NCBI RefSeq assembly: GCF_006345805.1
Contig: NC_043000.1
Location: forward strand, 19,344,001-19,408,000
Reading direction: 5' to 3'
Length of the DNA stretch: 64,000 nt
DNA from: Octopus sinensis
Lineage: Eukaryota
Below, piece after piece: positions 51,433 through 64,000 of this stretch. A program made the position numbers and the translations under genes. The stretch's first letter is position 1. Every line of letters begins with the position of its first letter. The notes beneath the pieces are model-generated. The model was not told the DNA's origin. It saw only the letters and a program-made list of their open reading frames with translations, and did not search any database.

Positions 51433-52549
51433 ATGGTAAAGTGCTCAATAAAATATTTAAGGATGGACAATCATATAACCCACCAGAGCTTAGTAATGGT
51501 GCGCATTTTAAATATGTTAAGTTCTAACAGGTGATTATTGGTCTAGCTATGGCATTATGATGTGAGCGTTTGTATGTGTGTGTATACACATGCATATATG
51601 TGTATATATAAATGTCCATGTATTTGCATGTGCATGCGTGTATGTATGTGTGTGTGAGCACTGGTGCTGTAAAAGAAACCTTACTCCTTATAAATGTTTT
51701 GCGACTGTACATTTCAAAACGTCATGTGATCAACCTGTCATAGAATTATAAGTATCACATTCACGAAATGGTTTTCTAGTGCTACTTTCTCGGAAAATTA
51801 ACAGAAATTGATAACGAGCGAGAGACAGATAAATTGCGTAATAATTAATTGAATATCACTAAAGTGCTAACCGAATTCTGCAAACTTAAATAAACTTAAG
51901 TTATATAACATTAAAACCAAAAATCGATAAAGTTGTTCTGTTATAGAAATTCTAAGAATAGTGCTTGCTGTTTATCAACCAGGTTGGCCAATGATGAAAT
52001 ATATTCTGGCGACGGTCATTCTATTTTGCTTCGGACACAATGTATCAAGGACTATATTATTCATTGAGTACTTCCTATTTTTTTTATTTGAAGACAATAC
52101 GGTGAAAAATGGGGAAGATTTGGCTGCAAATTTTAGCATATCAATTGACTTTTTGGAGACTTCTGTTTTGTGTCTTATGATTATAGGATGGACGTTAAGG
52201 CGAAAATAATGCCAATTAACATAACACCGACATAATTGTTTGTAAGGAAAATGTGACACTACTTGAAGCTGTGAACAGCTCAATGTAAATATCCTGGTAT
52301 AAAAATGCTAAACAGGAGGAACAAGATCTCAATGCACCTAATCTGCAATCCGGTTTTAATTCCTTGCAATAAACTTTTTTCAAGTATGTTTTAAGCAAAT
52401 ATGAGATTACATCTCCAAATCACCACTTCCACAACATTATGTGACTTTTCCTCTGTCGCTCTTTCATCCAGTTCAAGTTTTTCGCGCCCACCTACGCATG
52501 ATAGTCTTATATATAACAATATTTATTGTATAAATTCCACAGTCTTATA

Positions 52550-52737
52550 TTGGTTTCAAATTTCGGCACAAGGTCAGCAATTTCGGGGTAGAGGGTCAGT
52601 CGATGACATCGACCCCAGTAATCATCTAGTTCTTATTTTGTCGACACCGGAACGATGAAAGGTAAAGTCGACCTCTGCGGAATTCGAACTCAGAATGTTA
52701 GCTCGGTGCACTAACGATTCTTCCAGTTCACCGCCTT
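52550..52737 (-). mobile_element. SINE-C2
   Basis: gatgaaaggtaaagtcgacctctgcggaattcgaactcagaatg. Confidence 0.75.
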
Positions 52738-53274
52738 CCACAGCCTTATATTAATTTAACATTAGCTAAATTGATATATATATATATATTAATTTAACAC
52801 TTGTTAAATTAATCCAAGGCAGTGGGAAGGATTTATTTTCCGTGACGTTGATTAAAATCAACGTTACAGAAAATGAATCTAGTAAAATCAGTAAAAAAAA
52901 TGAAGAATTTTTCAACCCCAAATGATTTTTCCTACTGGAATTCAAATTTCTACCTGGAATCCTGAAATTTGCACCGGGGTGAAATTTTCTCCCAGCTTAA
53001 GTATTATGGTTCCAGGATGAATAGAAATGAGAAGTCATTGATAACAAAAGGTTAGTCATTCGATTATTTTTGGTCTGCAAATGTTTTAATGAAATGTTAC
53101 AGTGATTCAAGACATTTCTCTTGTTGAGGAATCGTTATAATCAGATAAATCGATTTGGTATCAGTAAATTACCGATGTTTAACAACTGATTCTGCGATGT
53201 TGATAAAAGACACTGTTGATCCGAAGTTGAAGCAAGCTTAGAAGCAAGAAGACTAGGACTCGATACTGTATTAG

Positions 53275-53655
53275 TGTTGTGTGGACGCCCCCAGACGATG
53301 AAGCAGGCTAGCCCAATACGTAGATATATATTTCTTTATTGCCCACAGGGGGCTAAACATAGAGGGGGAAAACAAGGACAGACAAAGGGATTAAGTCGAT
53401 TACATCGACCCCAGTGCGTAACTGGTACTTAATTTATCGACCCCGAAAGGATGAAAGGCAAAGTCGACCTCGGCGGAATTTGAACTCACAACGTAACGCA
53501 GACGAAATACCGCTAAGCATTTCGCCCGGCGTGCTAACGTTTCTGCCAGCTCACCGCCTTCCCAATACGTAGATATAGAGGGAGAAGTCTAGACGTCCAG
53601 GAGTCGAGAGTAGGAGTGGAGTTGAGTAGAAGGCATCTGAACCTGCGACATAACA
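53275..53655 (+). mobile_element. Solo mini-LTR (family D) interrupted by SINE-C1
   Basis: ATTAG|TGTTGTGTGGAC...GCGACATAACA|ATTAG, perfect 5-bp TSD. Confidence 0.82.
53329..53560 (-). mobile_element. SINE-C1 full length with 17-bp TSD
   Basis: TSD cccaatacgtagatata at 53312-53328 and 53561-53577. Confidence 0.95.
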
Positions 53656-53808
53656 ATTAGTATAATCAGTTCTTTTCTGTCATAACTTAATCGCTAAAGT
53701 ATTGCAAAAGAAGTAAAATAAACCCACAAAGTTTCAAATCCTATTACCAGGAGCTTTCTGTACCCATGATGAAGAAAATAACTTCTAGTACCTCAAACCA
53801 TCTAGCCA

Positions 53809-54204
53809 TCTATATCTTTATATATAAAACTGTAGTTGTGTGAGTGTCTATCCCCTTCGATTTAGATTCCTAACTACTCCCACATTTTGCGATGCAGTTT
53901 AACCAAAACCGGGTATCTTATAGTTGTGATTCATATCGAGCCCTTCTGGGTATTAGCGCGCGTCTACGATGAGTCTACGATTTTAAAATAATTTACCATA
54001 ATTTTTTCCATTTTAACGCATATTTTTTAAATAAAGGGAAGTAACTCTCTAAAAATGTCTACGAGAGTCAACGATTTAAAAAAATTTACCATAATTTTTT
54101 TCCATTTTTAATCATTTTTTGCTATTTTTTGGCTATAACTCTCTAAAAATGCTTATATAGTTATTTCCCTTACAAACCCGAGCAACGCCGAGCGATACTG
54201 CTAG
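53809..54204 (+). mobile_element. Non-autonomous Helitron H1
   Basis: A|TCtatatctttatatataaaac...cccgagcaacgccgag cgatactgCTAG|T. Confidence 0.85.
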
Positions 54205-54774
54205 TCTACAATAAAGCGACACGAGTCGACGTAGTATCTAGGTGGAGAAGACTGCAACACTGTAGAAAGACGAGTGGAAAAGAATTGTCAGAAGAATTCT
54301 TAAATTCTATTGCTCATTTTTATAATCCAGGTATACTTTAACGATTGCTGCATCTCAGATATAAAGATAAAAGTTTGCTTTCATTTTATTTTTTGTTATT
54401 TATTAATTCATTGCCACGCCATTGCCTTAAGGATAAACTGATCGTTATTCTTATATTTATCATTATATATGATAAAAATAATTTGTAAATATGAAAATAT
54501 ACACAATAAAAACACCCATACTCCCACCTACATAAATATATATATATATAGGGGAGTGTATAAATCTGTGTATATATACATGCATATGCACCGAACACTC
54601 CTCTCTCTCTCTCCCTCTCTCTCCCTCTCTCATATATAAATACATATGTATATAACAATACATGCATACACACATGCATACACACACATACATACAGACA
54701 GGCATACATACGTATGTGTGTGCATATATGGCTTCTGTAATTAGTCAAAAGTAAAATCGGTAACAACAGAGAAT

Positions 54775-54940
54775 GATTTCAAGTTTTGGTACAAGGCCAG
54801 CAATTTCAGTAGGAGAGGAATAAGTCATTTGCATTGACTCCTGTACTTCAATGGAACCTATTTTATATCCCTGAAAGGCAGAGCCGACTGTAACGGAACT
54901 TAGATTCAGAGTGCAAAAGATTCTGCCAACTCGCTGCTTC
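54775..54940 (-). mobile_element. SINE-C2, very old
   Basis: Diverged match including the ttttggtacaaggccagcaat tail. Confidence 0.55.
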
Positions 54941-55479
54941 AATAAGAACAAAGAATATAGAATTAAAATGTTTTGTAATATTTATTGGTCCTTTGAAAAA
55001 AAATTACTGAAGGTGTTTCAGAGGCAAACCCTTTCGAAAAATTTCGTCCTTCTCAAGACGATTGCCCGCAACTGGATTTGCAGATTTGAGGCATAGCTAA
55101 CTTTAATTAGCTCATTAAGGAACTGGAACCAAGATGCATAATAAAAATTATGAATATCAAAATGCAAGAATACTGTTAAAACATATGAATTTTATTTGTA
55201 ATAAAAACAAAAACAAAAAAACATATATGAATGAATATATAAATAAATAAATAAAATTTCTATTTCAATGCAGCTAAATAAAATTTTGAATTTTGAATTA
55301 AATTTTCGGAATAAAAACGACTTAGAGCATAGATTCAATCGTCTCATGTTTCTAATATTGCTAATTGTTTTTCTAAGATTAAGGAATGTTTTTAATACAA
55401 TCTTAATCTCAAGTGCTCACATTTACAATACACACGCACACACATACATACACTGTAGAATGGAAGCGTAATTGTTGTT

Positions 55480-55605
<126 letters not shown>

Positions 55606-55990
55606 GTGAAGGAGTGGTACATACGCTAGCACATACTACTAAAAGCCTTAGTATCCTTCATTTCCTTTACATTTTCTTTTACTTTTAACATTTTTCAGGC
55701 CATATACTGAAAAATGACAACGCATCAAGTTTGAGGCTTCCCGACACTGTAGTCACTCATAATTGTGATAACACATAGCATATTTTATCATAGAAAATTG
55801 GGTCAGATTTGAGAAACAGTTAGAAGTCGTTTTGTTTGCTACAGTTTCAACGGATCTTGGTCATGTCATTTTTTATGTTAGATGGTAACTCTTAAAAGTA
55901 TCATGAAGCATTTTTTAAAGAAATTAAAACAACTGGGAACGATTCAATGATGGATGCCCCTAATTTTTAGTTCTGTGACACATATATATA

Positions 55991-56688
55991 GAATCTTTTC
56001 CTTTTGAACGGTAGATGTCAACACAATTTCTAGTTAACTAAACACTTTTAAACTTCGTATACTGGTAGAATGTGTTTATAAAACATCATTTTTTCTTGGC
56101 TTTATTGAGAAAATTCTATAGTTTGTAAGATATTTCGTCTGAAAATCCGAGCATTTCGGCAATTTTAACCAATCGATTACCTCCATTCAACTAAAATCAT
56201 TTGCTGCGTCTAAAACTGAGACAACATCCTGTAACTAACCCTAACCCTCCCCCTAACCGTAACCCTAATTTTTTTTTCTTAATTGTTAAATTAATTTAAT
56301 TGTTACGCGTATAAAAAAACCCGAAAGGAATGGAAAATGATTTAAACAATTAACAAACAAAATAATTCTATAATTTCTACACACGCTTTCGTTTTTTTTT
56401 TACACGCGTAACAATTAAATTAATTTAACAATTAAGAAAAGAAATTAGGGTTAGGTTTGGGTTGAGGGGTAGTGTCTCAGTTTTAGACGCAGCAAATGAT
56501 TTTAGCTCAAAAGAGAGCATAGGATTGGTTAAAATTCGAAAAATTAAACTACGTTAAACAAACAAATTACAATTTTCTCAAGAAAGCCAAGAGAAGAAAA
56601 TGTTTTATTTTGACACATTCTACCAGTATACGAAGTTTTAAAGTGTTTAGTTAACTAGAATTTGTCAGCCGTTCAAAAGGAAAAGATC

Positions 56689-56689
<1 letters not shown>
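55991..56689. mobile_element. Fold-back MITE with ~300-330-bp inverted arms
   Basis: 19-bp perfect TIR atcttttccttttgaacgg; arms inverted across most of their length; left arm homologous to 16101-16290. Confidence 0.85.
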
Positions 56690-56783
<94 letters not shown>

Positions 56784-57244
56784 ATGTATATATACATGCG
56801 TGCATTTTATATAATTTTATAAATTTAGTCTCGTAACAGCCAGTCTAAGTCACTGAATGATTCTATGCTAAATGATTCTATGCTGAAGAACCATCCAACT
56901 GCGGAGAAGTAAATTAACAATCTTCGGATATGACTAAAAGACAAAGTACAGCATAAGCTCTTTGTTATACATGTTCCTTTTCATGATTTGCGACATTCAT
57001 TTTTTGTATGCGAAATAATACGTTTTGGCAGACTCGCATGCAAAATATATCGAAATGTAAATACTTTGAAAGATTACTTTAACGATATTTAAAAATTTAG
57101 ATGTTTTTTCTCATGCAAGTGTTCAAAATTACAATGAGAAGACTTTCAAACGGTGCTCTGAAAGAATTCCCGTACAACGATTACATTACAGTTTTACGAG
57201 AACTGCCTCTGTCTGTTCCTATAAGTAACTAGCTTATGTCTTTA

Positions 57245-57512
57245 TTTTGTGTGGACGCCCCCAGATGATAAAGTAGGCTAGCCCAATACGTAGATATAGA
57301 GGGAGAAGCCTAGACGTCAGGTGCACAAGAAATGTGTGGAGATAGTATTGACCCACCAGTTGTGGATTTAATAGAAATTGAATCATTGATGAAATACTAC
57401 TAAAAAGAAAATAAGTATGTTAAATTGACAAGGAAAAAAAAGAGAAAAAAAAAAAAAAAGAAAAAAGAAAAGGTAAAAAAGGAAACGGAGGAAAAAAGGA
57501 AAAAAAGAGAGA

Positions 57513-57592
<80 letters not shown>

Positions 57593-58263
57593 GTGTGTTT
57601 GTGTTTCTCCCCCTAGCATTGCTTGACAACCGATGCTGGTGTGTTTACGACCCCGTCACTTAGCGGTTCGGCCAAAGAGACCGATAGAATAAGTACTGGG
57701 CTTACAAAGAATAAGTCCCGGGGTCGATTTGCTCGACTAAAAGGCGGTGCTCCAGCACGGCCGCAGTCAAATGACTGAAACAAGTAAAAGAGATAAAAGA
57801 GATAAAAGAGAAAAGAGTAAAATGTTTATGGTCATGTTTAAAAATTATGGAAAAAAGAAGAACAATTATAGAAAATATATATAACGGTTCAAATACTTGC
57901 AATGGTATGTAACACGATAATTAATTGTTATGTAAATACATGATAAAAATGGACGTAAAAAAATATTAATGGTACTGCATGTGATGAGGGGCGCATGCAG
58001 CCATTTATAACCTCATTGTTATATAATCATCTCATTCATATTCGTTTTATGTATTGTCCCCTCTGTAGTGTTCTGTCTGTCCTTGTTTGTCCCGCTCTAT
58101 TTTGAGCCCTTGTGGCTAATAAAGAAATAGCACAGCTGAGTAGTAGACTAGAACGGAGTAGAGTCGACTAGAGTTGAGTAGAGGACATCCGAACGTGCGA
58201 CATGACAGTGGCAACGAGGATTTCGTAGCTCACACAGCCACTGTGTTGTATTGCGACATAACA
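57245..58263 (+). mobile_element. Family D long form split by an ~810-bp insertion
   Basis: Left LTR half 57245-57320, right half + PBS (tggcaacgaggat) + tail 58131-58263; TSD CTTTA at 57240-57244 and 58264-58268. Confidence 0.78.
57590..57820 (+). mobile_element. SINE-B 3' half (nested)
   Basis: Consensus match. Confidence 0.88.
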
Positions 58264-58283
58264 CTTTACAAACACGATTATAT

Positions 58284-58670
58284 GTGGAAGCACTCCGTCG
58301 GTTACGACGACGAGGGTTCCGGTTGATCCGAATCAACGGAACAGCCTGCTCGTGAAATTAACGTGTAAGTGGCTGAGCACTCCACAGACACGTGTACCCT
58401 TAACATAGTTCTCGGGGATATTCAGCGTGACACAGAGAGTGACAAGGCCGGCCCCTTGAAATACAGGTACAACAGAAACAGGAAGTAAGAGTGAGAGAAA
58501 GTTGTGGTGAAAGAGTACAGCAGGGATCACCACCATCCCCTGCCGGAGCCTCGTGGAGCTTTTTATGTGTTTTCGCTCAATAAACACTCACAACGCCCGG
58601 TCTGGGAATCGAAACCGCGATCCTATGACCGCGAGTCCGCTGCCCTAACCACTGGGCCATTGCGCCTCCT
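58284..58670 (-). mobile_element. SINE-A (A2) with TSD
   Basis: TSD cacgattatat at 58273-58283 and 58671-58681. Confidence 0.95.
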
Positions 58671-58888
58671 CACGATTATATATTATTCCAGTGACACCAA
58701 TTATAAACACGATAACAGTTGTATTTTTGATATGAAGTAATAGCTTCAGTTCAATAGCCAATTTTATGTAATCATTTAGGTTTCCAATTTGCTATCTGAT
58801 ATTAAAAATCACACAATGTTTCTCTATGCGTTCTTTTACTTTTCCAAGTAAAAGACTTGGTGATGATGATGTTGATGATGATGATGTC

Positions 58889-58923
<35 letters not shown>

Positions 58924-58975
58924 CGATGACGATGATGATGATGATGATGATGATAGTAATAATAATAATTATTAT

Positions 58976-59312
58976 TATGAAAGAAAGAGAGAAGTTAGAT
59001 AACTATGGAGAGCTGAGAATTGAGATCGCCAAGATGCGGCAGCTACGAGAGTCAAACATAAAGGTTTTCCCTGTTGCCATGGGTGCATTGAGTTCAATAC
59101 CACCCAACCTGAAGAAACATCTGGAAACTTGAGAAATACTCTACAATATAGAGTGTATTGCAAAAATCAGCATTACTTGGAACTGCACGCATATTGCGCA
59201 AAGTACGCTCTGTCTGAGATTCTTGCTGTGGCTTGACAGACAGTACAAACCCCTGGGCAGACACACTGTCTTCAATCAACATCACGGTACTGGATACTGA
59301 GCGACGTCTTAA
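58976..59312 (+). mobile_element. R4/Dong-like (RLE) LINE 3' fragment
   Basis: KEREKLDNYGELRIEIAKM...VFPVAMGALSSIPPNLKKHLE.../QKSALLGTARILRKV*; flanked by TGA/TAA runs. Confidence 0.78.
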
Positions 59313-59389
59313 ATAATAGTGATGGTGATGATGATGATGATGATTGGGAGAGGAGGGGGGAGTAGGAGGAAGAGCAAGAGGATGATAGA

Positions 59390-59530
59390 TTTCCTTTATT
59401 AGCCACAAGGGCAAAGAAAAGCAGGGGATAGATACAAAGACAGTCAACAATTGGTGTGGAGGTTTACATAAAAGATGATGAGAAAGAAATCGAAAAGGCG
59501 GCGAAATGCGATAAAAGGGGCCGTGGTGAC
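59390..59530 (-). mobile_element. Non-LTR 3' end fragment (Tx1/C1-type terminus)
   Basis: Minus strand ...gcccttgtggctaataaaggaaatctatc. Confidence 0.45.
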
Positions 59531-59575
59531 GATGATGATGAGGATGAGGATGAGGAGGTTGAGTAGGAGGCGGGA

Positions 59576-59609
59576 GTGGATAATAATGATGATGATGATG
59601 ATAATGATG

Positions 59610-59656
<47 letters not shown>

Positions 59657-59669
59657 AATAATAATAGTG

Positions 59670-59716
<47 letters not shown>

Positions 59717-59741
59717 AATAATAATAGTGATAATAATAATA

Positions 59742-59787
<46 letters not shown>

Positions 59788-59807
59788 CGATAATAATAAT
59801 AATAATG

Positions 59808-59844
<37 letters not shown>

Positions 59845-59951
59845 TGATAATAATAATAATAATGATCATGATCATAATAATGATGATGATGATGATGATA
59901 ATGATGATGATGATGATGATGATGATGATAATAATAATGATAATAATAATG

Positions 59952-59989
<38 letters not shown>

Positions 59990-60012
59990 TAATAATAATA
60001 ATAATAATAGTA
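59576..60012. repeat. (AAT)/(GAT) array
   Basis: Direct reading. Confidence 0.95.
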
Positions 60013-60345
60013 ATTTCTTTATTTGTCATAAGAGCACTGAATGAGTGACATTACACAGTCGAAGCACAAATAAACACAAGTGGTGGGTGGGATATTATTA
60101 TATTTCATAGCAGTGTAGTGAAAGAGTGAGAAACCAAATGTTTTTAACGCAGAATATTGCTAATCCCAATACAGTTGGTAGTTACCCAGTGTTGATTTAG
60201 TGACAGAAACCTCCAACCAAGAGCAAGCATCCAGCCATTGTTTCAGAGCCTGCTGTCCCCTTCTATGAATTTATTAATGTCCACAAATGCTAAAAAGGGG
60301 GCAAGCTTAGCATAATAATACTTCCTGCGTCGTAAGTGTTCTTGA
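60013..60345 (-). mobile_element. Possible L1/Tx1-type 3' fragment with (TAT)n tail
   Basis: Minus strand ends cttatgacaaataaagaaatt + (att)n; short ORF end KYYYAKLAPFLAFVDI. Confidence 0.35.
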
Positions 60346-60354
60346 CACACACAT

Positions 60355-60360
60355 ACACAC

Positions 60361-60396
<36 letters not shown>

Positions 60397-60474
60397 AGAT
60401 GTATATATGTGTATATATATATATATATATATGTATATCTATATATATATATATATAGAGAGAGAGAGATATAC

Positions 60475-60508
<34 letters not shown>

Positions 60509-60606
60509 GGAGAGAGATACATATATATAATATATATATATATATACATATATATATAATATAATATAATATAACATAATAAAATATAATATTATATATG
60601 AAGTGT

Positions 60607-60655
<49 letters not shown>

Positions 60656-60669
60656 GCACACACACACGC

Positions 60670-60705
<36 letters not shown>
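60355..60705. repeat. Compound TG/TA/GA/CA microsatellite
   Basis: Direct reading. Confidence 0.9.
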
Positions 60706-60706
<1 letters not shown>

Positions 60707-61060
60707 ACTGTACAGGCGTGGGTTTAAGTCGATTAACGTGTGACTATGTATATGTTTAATAACTGCTATCAGTGCGACCCTGAATTGGAAGAAAGTATTT
60801 ATAAGAAATGAAAATAAATAAGGGGGCTTTGTTTCAAGGGGAAAACATATTACTGGAAATGAATGCTTAAGAGAGACAAAAAAAATTATAAAAAGAAGAA
60901 GAATCAAAAACAGGTTAGGGAAGAAGGGTGCTGGGAGCGAGTGGGACAAAATGGCCTGCACATTTCAGGGTTATTGATAAAACTATATAACTTGTTGATA
61001 AGGGAACAATGGCAGCTGATAGCGTAGTTGCTACCACTACTACTACTGCTGCTACTGCTG

Positions 61061-61131
<71 letters not shown>

Positions 61132-61190
61132 CCTTTCCATGAAGTTTTGGGGAGGGGACTATACATACATATATATGTGTGTATGTATAA

Positions 61191-61225
<35 letters not shown>

Positions 61226-61234
61226 TATATATAT

Positions 61235-61625
61235 ATATTCTCTTATTCTTTTACTTGTTTCAGTCATTTGACCGCGGCCATGTTGGAGCACCGCCTTTAG
61301 TCGAACAAATTGACCCCAGGACTTATTCTTTGTAAGCCTAATACTTATTCTATCGGTCTCTTTTGCCAACCGCTAAGTTATGGGGACGTAAACACACCAG
61401 CATTGGTTGTTTATAGCGATGGTGGATGGACAAACACAGACACACAAATACACCCACACACAGATATATATGTATATACGACGGGCTTCTTTCAGTTTCC
61501 CTCTACCAAATCCATTCACAAGGTTTTGGCTAGCTCGAGGCTATAGTAGAAGACACTTGCCCAAGGTACCACTCAATGGGACTGAACCCGGAACCATATG
61601 GTTGGTAGGCAAGTTACCACACACA
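61235..61625 (-). mobile_element. SINE-B
   Basis: Consensus match. Confidence 0.88.
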
Positions 61626-62216
61626 CCCTCATGCTCTTTCCGTTGATGCATTATACTTCACTCACCATCTGATGAATTCTATGAATTAATTTATTTCCTC
61701 AAGGATGCATTTTCTTAGAACTTAAAACACTTCACAAAACTGATAACGAATTTTTCAGTGAAAGATTGTAATAGCCTTTATGATTATAAAATTGTGAGAA
61801 AAAAAGAGGTGAAGAAATTTGGTTTGGTCTTTAAATAACTGTCTTTCCTGGAACATAAATAATTCAGTCTATGTTTTAAAAGAGCCATAGAAATTCTTAT
61901 TCGTATGAATTTCCCTCTCTCACTTTCTCTCTCTCTTTCTCTCTCACACACTCACTCTCACACACATATACATACACACACAGAAAAAGAAATATGTATT
62001 ACATATATATACTTAAATAACTACGTGCACACACAAGTGTGTGTGTGTATATATGTATGTATATACATATATATATATGTGTGTGTGTGTGTGTGTTTGT
62101 GTGTGTGTTTGTGTGTATTTATGTATATATGTATATATACATACATACATTTCTATACAAATACCTACCAACCTACCAACCTACCTACCTACCTACATAT
62201 CTATCTACCTACCTAT

Positions 62217-62268
<52 letters not shown>

Positions 62269-62269
62269 T

Positions 62270-62330
<61 letters not shown>

Positions 62331-62335
62331 CGATC

Positions 62336-62378
<43 letters not shown>
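62217..62378. repeat. (GATA)n at the LINE 3' end
   Basis: Direct reading. Confidence 0.95.
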
Positions 62379-62379
<1 letters not shown>

Positions 62380-64000
62380 TGTTCTTTATTAGCCACACAG
62401 GGCTGCACACAGATAGAACAAATTACAAGGTAGAGCTTTTCTTTTGAAGTATTAAAAAAAAAAAAAAAAAAAAAAGGAAGGGGGAGGTTCGATCAAAAGG
62501 GATCGTAAAAGGAGAGAAAGAGGACAAAAATAAGGGGGTTAAAAAAAAAAAAAAGAAAAAAAGAAAAAAAAAAGGGGGGGGGGAGAGGAAAAAAAAATGA
62601 TCAATAGGGATCGTTATCACAGAAATGTCAATATGAAGTGTAAAGGGGAGGACAGGTGAGGTTTACCCGTGGAAAGAAAAGCCTGCGGAAAAGACCACGG
62701 TAACTCGGTCAATGACGTCACATTTTATTTCTTTTTTTTTTTTTTTTTTTTTTTTGCAAATAAGCAACTCTCTGTTTTCGATTTCTGGGTTCATAGGACT
62801 ATGCTCAAGGTGGCTTCGTCATTCATACGTGCCATTCTTGCTACATTCACCCATCTTTTTTAAAACATTCGCTAGACAAAACTTGCCTCTCTACTCTCAC
62901 TTTCCTTTTCAAGTGGTACTTGAAGAAGTTGATGAGAGATTGACCAGAGAGGAAAGTGTTTGTCTCCAATCCTTTCAGACGCGTCCACCAGATACATTCT
63001 TTCGCCATAGCCACAAGGATGATGAAAATAGCTCTTCCTTCCCGTTTGAAGGAAGGAGGCGTGACAATATTGACGATAGACTCAGCTGATAAACCGACTC
63101 GTCCCACACGTGACAGCAGTTGTTCGACATAAGCCCACAGGTCGGAAATTGTTGGACACTGAACGAGTGCGTGCAGAACGGTTTCGTCGCTCTGACCGCA
63201 TCTCGGGCAGGTCGGCCCCGTGTTTCTCGAGCCGTGTCTGTAGAGCTTATCCCGAACGGGTAGCGCTTCTCGGTAGCACTGCCAGGCCAGGGATCTCTGG
63301 AAGTTGTCCATGGGCCCTGGCCCGAAAGTCGTCCCGAACAGGGGGTCAGGTACTCCTCGTCGACGTCCAGGTTCGCCCCGAGCTCGTCGTCGTACCTCCC
63401 CTCCACTAAACCCCTATAGAATGCTTTGGTTGTTGAAGTCACTTAAGGTCGACCCAGGACGGCAGAGTTGCTTGAGAGCAACGCGACACTCGCGGTGCCA
63501 TTCGCCCTTCCTCGGCCTCTTTTGATCCACGACTGCAGTTCGGTCATGGAGACGAGCTGCGGGAAAGCGTGCCTCACAAACGGCGACCACACCTGTTCAC
63601 CGTCGTCTACATAGAGCCAGATGTCGCAGTCTCAGCGCGTGTCTGCGCATCATCAACCACGGCATGCCCAGCCCTCCTTTTAACGGGTGTTGACAGCAAT
63701 GGATCGCCTGACCATCGGGACGCATCCTTTCCACAAGAAGCGAAAGAGGATGCGTTGTAGTTTGGTGATGGTAGGGTCGGGACAAGGTATGACGGTCAGG
63801 CGGTAGTAGATGACGGACGCGATGTACGTGTTCGCCACCTCACGCTCGACCTTTTAGGGACAGTTTCCTCTCGGCCCATTGCCGGCGAGAGTGACCACCC
63901 TACTCGTTATCTCGTTCCAGTTCTTCTCCACTTGGAGGTCCGACCAAACCAGACCCCGAGCAACTCAACCGGGCCGTCGGTCCAGCGTCCCACGACGGAG
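62379..64000 (-). mobile_element. Tx1/L1-clade LINE 3' portion (frameshifted ORF2 C-terminus + 3' UTR); continues past the window
   Basis: RKLSLKGR/VANTYIASVIYYRL/LWKG post-RT motifs; zf-RVT-like CPRCGQSDETVLHALVQC; GC-rich; several frameshifts; AATAAAGAAC end. Confidence 0.88.

Noticed and set aside
51961-52209. ORF with signal-peptide-like MMKYILATVILFCFG
   Set aside because: No recognisable domain, weak splice donors, and hydrophobicity expected from T-rich DNA
62975-63442. Intact LINE ORF2
   Set aside because: Protein motifs are spread over different frames, so this copy is non-functional

Overview
Eukaryotic, AT-rich, repeat-saturated non-coding DNA (intronic or intergenic). No host protein-coding gene can be supported. 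Nearly all ORFs in the track are translations of microsatellites or SINEs. The repeat repertoire (dense tRNA-derived SINEs, huge TA/TATG/GATA microsatellites, Penelope, RTE) suggests an octopus or other cephalopod genome; this is inference, not a database match. Contents: (i) four tRNA-derived SINE families (working names A, B, C1/C2, G), many with clear target-site duplications (TSDs); (ii) decayed non-LTR fragments of RTE, R4/Dong-like, Tx1/L1-like and Penelope (GIY-YIG) type; (iii) a fold-back mariner, a mariner MITE, hAT-like and long-TIR MITEs, and six non-autonomous Helitrons; (iv) a small TGT...ACA LTR-like family with 5-bp TSDs. The best leads are: a fully foldable type I hammerhead ribozyme present on both strands of a ~130-bp palindrome at 23.84-23.97 kb; a 227-bp asymmetric element (LTR + tRNA-Ser PBS + vestigial second LTR end) that recurs as independent insertions; and a SINE whose 3' tail matches the 3' end of the Tx1-like LINE in the same window.
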